Source: a virus (taxonomy: Duplodnaviria > Caudoviricetes). Taken from it: a stretch of 27,413 bases of DNA. The translations under genes and the position numbers were made by a program. Where the stretch lies: positions 1 to 27,413 of the IMG/VR virus record IMGVR_UViG_3300030207_001508; one strand, given 5' to 3'. This document shows, one piece after another, positions 26,067-27,413 of this stretch (its first letter is position 1; every line of letters starts with the position of its first letter). The notes below the pieces were generated by a model, which made no database searches, was not told the origin of the DNA, and saw only the letters and a program-made list of their open reading frames with translations.

Positions 26067-26580
26067 TTTCTATGCTGACAGTTGTAGATCCAATACAGCT
26101 TGTACCACTTCCCCCTGCTGTGCAGGTATGAATTCCAGAACTTAACGAAGTAAGTGCAAGCGATCCAGCAGTACCACCTGAGATTACTGTTGTCTGTCCA
26201 CCAAGAACAGGTAGAGTTGCGATGCCAGAACTAGGTGTGATTGCAGATTGAGTACTGTCCCCGGCTTGGTAACTCTCGGAAAAACTGAAGGCCGACCCGG
26301 CTGTTGTAACAGTTTTATTTGTATTAACAACAGCTGGTACACCCGAAGATAGCGAACCAAGATTAAGTCCTCCAATAGCATTAGTAACAAGCGAATCTCC
26401 TGTTCCTGTAGATGTGGTAACATTGTTCCCACTTATGCTGTAGCTCGATGGGGCTGCATTAGTGATTACATAAGGCGAGTCAATGGAAATTTGTGCAGAC
26501 GTTACATATTTAGCTGTAATCTCGGCATAACTTGGAGTTGCTGCTGATAGTGCAAAAATAAATGGAAGTAGCTTTTTCAT
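26059..26580 (-). CDS. Secreted Ser/Thr/Gly-rich beta protein
   Basis: Signal MKKLLPFIFALSAATPSYA; C-x8-C pair near C-terminus; ATGA overlap. Confidence 0.85.
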   Translation of the reverse strand: MKKLLPFIFALSAATPSYAEITAKYVTSAQISIDSPYVITNAAPSSYSISGNNVTTSTGTGDSLVTNAIGGLNLGSLSSGVPAVVNTNKTVTTAGSAFSFSESYQAGDSTQSAITPSSGIATLPVLGGQTTVISGGTAGSLALTSLSSGIHTCTAGGSGTSCIGSTTVSIEID

Positions 26581-26942
26581 TTTTGTGGTTTAGGGTCGAT
26601 TACTTCTGCTCCCTCAATCTTGAGAGGAGTTATTACCCTTATAGTCTGTATCATACCTTCGTTTTCGGCAACTTTATCGTCTTTCTTATTACCTTTTTTA
26701 GCTTGCTCTAGCCCAAAAGAACTCAGAGCCGTAGCGAGAAGAGAAGCTGGGAACGTGATATCTTGCTTTTCTCCTGTTGTGATGCCTGGAATCTTAGGTA
26801 AGTAATTACTTGTAACGAGCAAACCCGACCAAAAAACTACGAGAAGTCGGACAGCTATTGAGATGTACTCAAATTGTTCTTCTTTATCGCTTACTTTTTC
26901 TTTTATTTTTTGCAAAAGATTTTTAGGTTTCTTTACTGGCAT
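26577..26942 (-). CDS. Two-TM membrane protein heading the minus-strand operon
   Basis: ISIAVRLLVVFWSGLLVTSNYL and ITFPASLLATALSSFGL with charged termini. Confidence 0.8.
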   Translation of the reverse strand: MPVKKPKNLLQKIKEKVSDKEEQFEYISIAVRLLVVFWSGLLVTSNYLPKIPGITTGEKQDITFPASLLATALSSFGLEQAKKGNKKDDKVAENEGMIQTIRVITPLKIEGAEVIDPKPQK

Positions 26943-26985
26943 AAGTCTTTTCTGTCATAATAGACATATATTGAGGACTCGTAAA

Positions 26986-27216
26986 GTGGTTGAAGTAATA
27001 GCAGCAGTTGGGGGAGCAATGATGACAGCTTGTTTTGTATCTGTAGGATCAGTATCTTATCGAGGCAGACAATCAAGAGATGATCTTGTGAGAAATACAA
27101 CAGCTATAGAATTATTAACTACAAAAATAGATGATATGCATGATGACATGAAAGAAGTATTTCATCGTCTAAAAGAAGTAGAACTAGCAGTAGCAGAAAA
27201 CAAGTCAAGAAGATAA
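26986..27216 (+). CDS. N-terminal TM plus coiled-coil protein (possible holin/antiholin-like)
   Basis: GAGGA at 26973 before GTG 26986 (preferred to the 26863 start); VIAAVGGAMMTACFVSVG then heptads; TG-T-CATAAT at 26953. Confidence 0.65.
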   Translation: MVEVIAAVGGAMMTACFVSVGSVSYRGRQSRDDLVRNTTAIELLTTKIDDMHDDMKEVFHRLKEVELAVAENKSRR

Positions 27217-27274
27217 CCTCTCCCATTGACCACTAACAGAAGAGGTTATAGCTCTAGATGCATAGGTTGAGCTA
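27213..27274. other. Two adjacent inverted repeats in an intergenic gap
   Basis: ATAACCTCT (27213-21)/AGAGGTTAT (27241-49) and TAGCTC (27249-54)/GAGCTA (27269-74); no T tract. Confidence 0.45.
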
Positions 27275-27302
27275 CTATAAGACTAGCAACTACCTATTTA
27301 CA

Positions 27303-27413
27303 ATGCTAAAAATCATTGAACCTATTATTTTTGCTTTCCTAAGAGGGTCTGCATTAAAAAAACTCGCATTAGATATAATACGAGCTATGGTCAAAAAAAC
27401 TGACAATACAGTT
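27303..27413 (+). CDS. Small amphipathic protein (3' truncated)
   Basis: MLKIIEPIIFAFLRGSALKKLALDIIRAMVKKTDNTV, open to window end. Confidence 0.65.
   Translation, partial: MLKIIEPIIFAFLRGSALKKLALDIIRAMVKKTDNTV

Larger units (their letters stand above)
1..27413 (+). mobile_element. Tailed dsDNA phage (siphovirus-type) late/structural region; free phage or prophage cannot be told apart
   Basis: Canonical order portal, protease/capsid, head completion, tail tube, chaperone, tape measure, M/L/K/I/J, fibres; no sheath gene; no host housekeeping genes. Confidence 0.95.

Noticed and set aside
24517-26942. Invertible segment (shufflon) explaining the strand switch
   Set aside because: No flanking inverted repeats or recombinase seen
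26863-26985. N-terminal extension of the 117-aa ORF
   Set aside because: Overlaps a divergent gene; GAGGA plus GTG at 26986 is a better start
23479-27413. Canonical holin-endolysin-spanin cassette
   Set aside because: No endolysin motif and no lipobox-bearing o-spanin visible; a lysis role remains only a hypothesis
1-27413. CRISPR array, tRNA, rRNA or alternative genetic code
   Set aside because: No spaced repeats or cloverleafs; genes tile well with all three stop codons in the standard code

Overview
AT-rich (roughly 35% GC by eye) stretch of a tailed phage genome, most likely a marine siphovirus of picocyanobacteria (host inferred, not shown). Positions 1-14318 are a colinear lambda/HK97-type morphogenesis module: portal C-terminus, a prohead-protease/major-capsid polyprotein whose N-terminus appears split by a frameshift near 872-887, head-completion genes, tail tube, G/G-T chaperone with a GGGAAAC -1 slippery site, tape measure, and gpM/L/K/I/J-like tail tip. 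Positions 14343-23446 are an unusually large fibre/adhesin cassette with four fibre proteins, several chaperones and a 2OG-Fe(II) oxygenase. Positions 23319-27413 hold small membrane and secreted proteins, including an inverted, tightly coupled operon: a two-TM protein, two paralogous Ser/Thr-rich signal-peptide proteins, a signal-peptide protein with a TolC-like hairpin/helix pattern, and a second oxygenase. This cluster is the best candidate for an undescribed phage-encoded cell-envelope apparatus. Also notable: all 18 CCGG sites found by manual scan are in CCSGG context, and the gpL-like protein lacks the Fe-S cysteines. No tRNA, rRNA, CRISPR, integrase, reverse transcriptase or endolysin was seen. 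All family assignments are by motif recognition; no searches were run.
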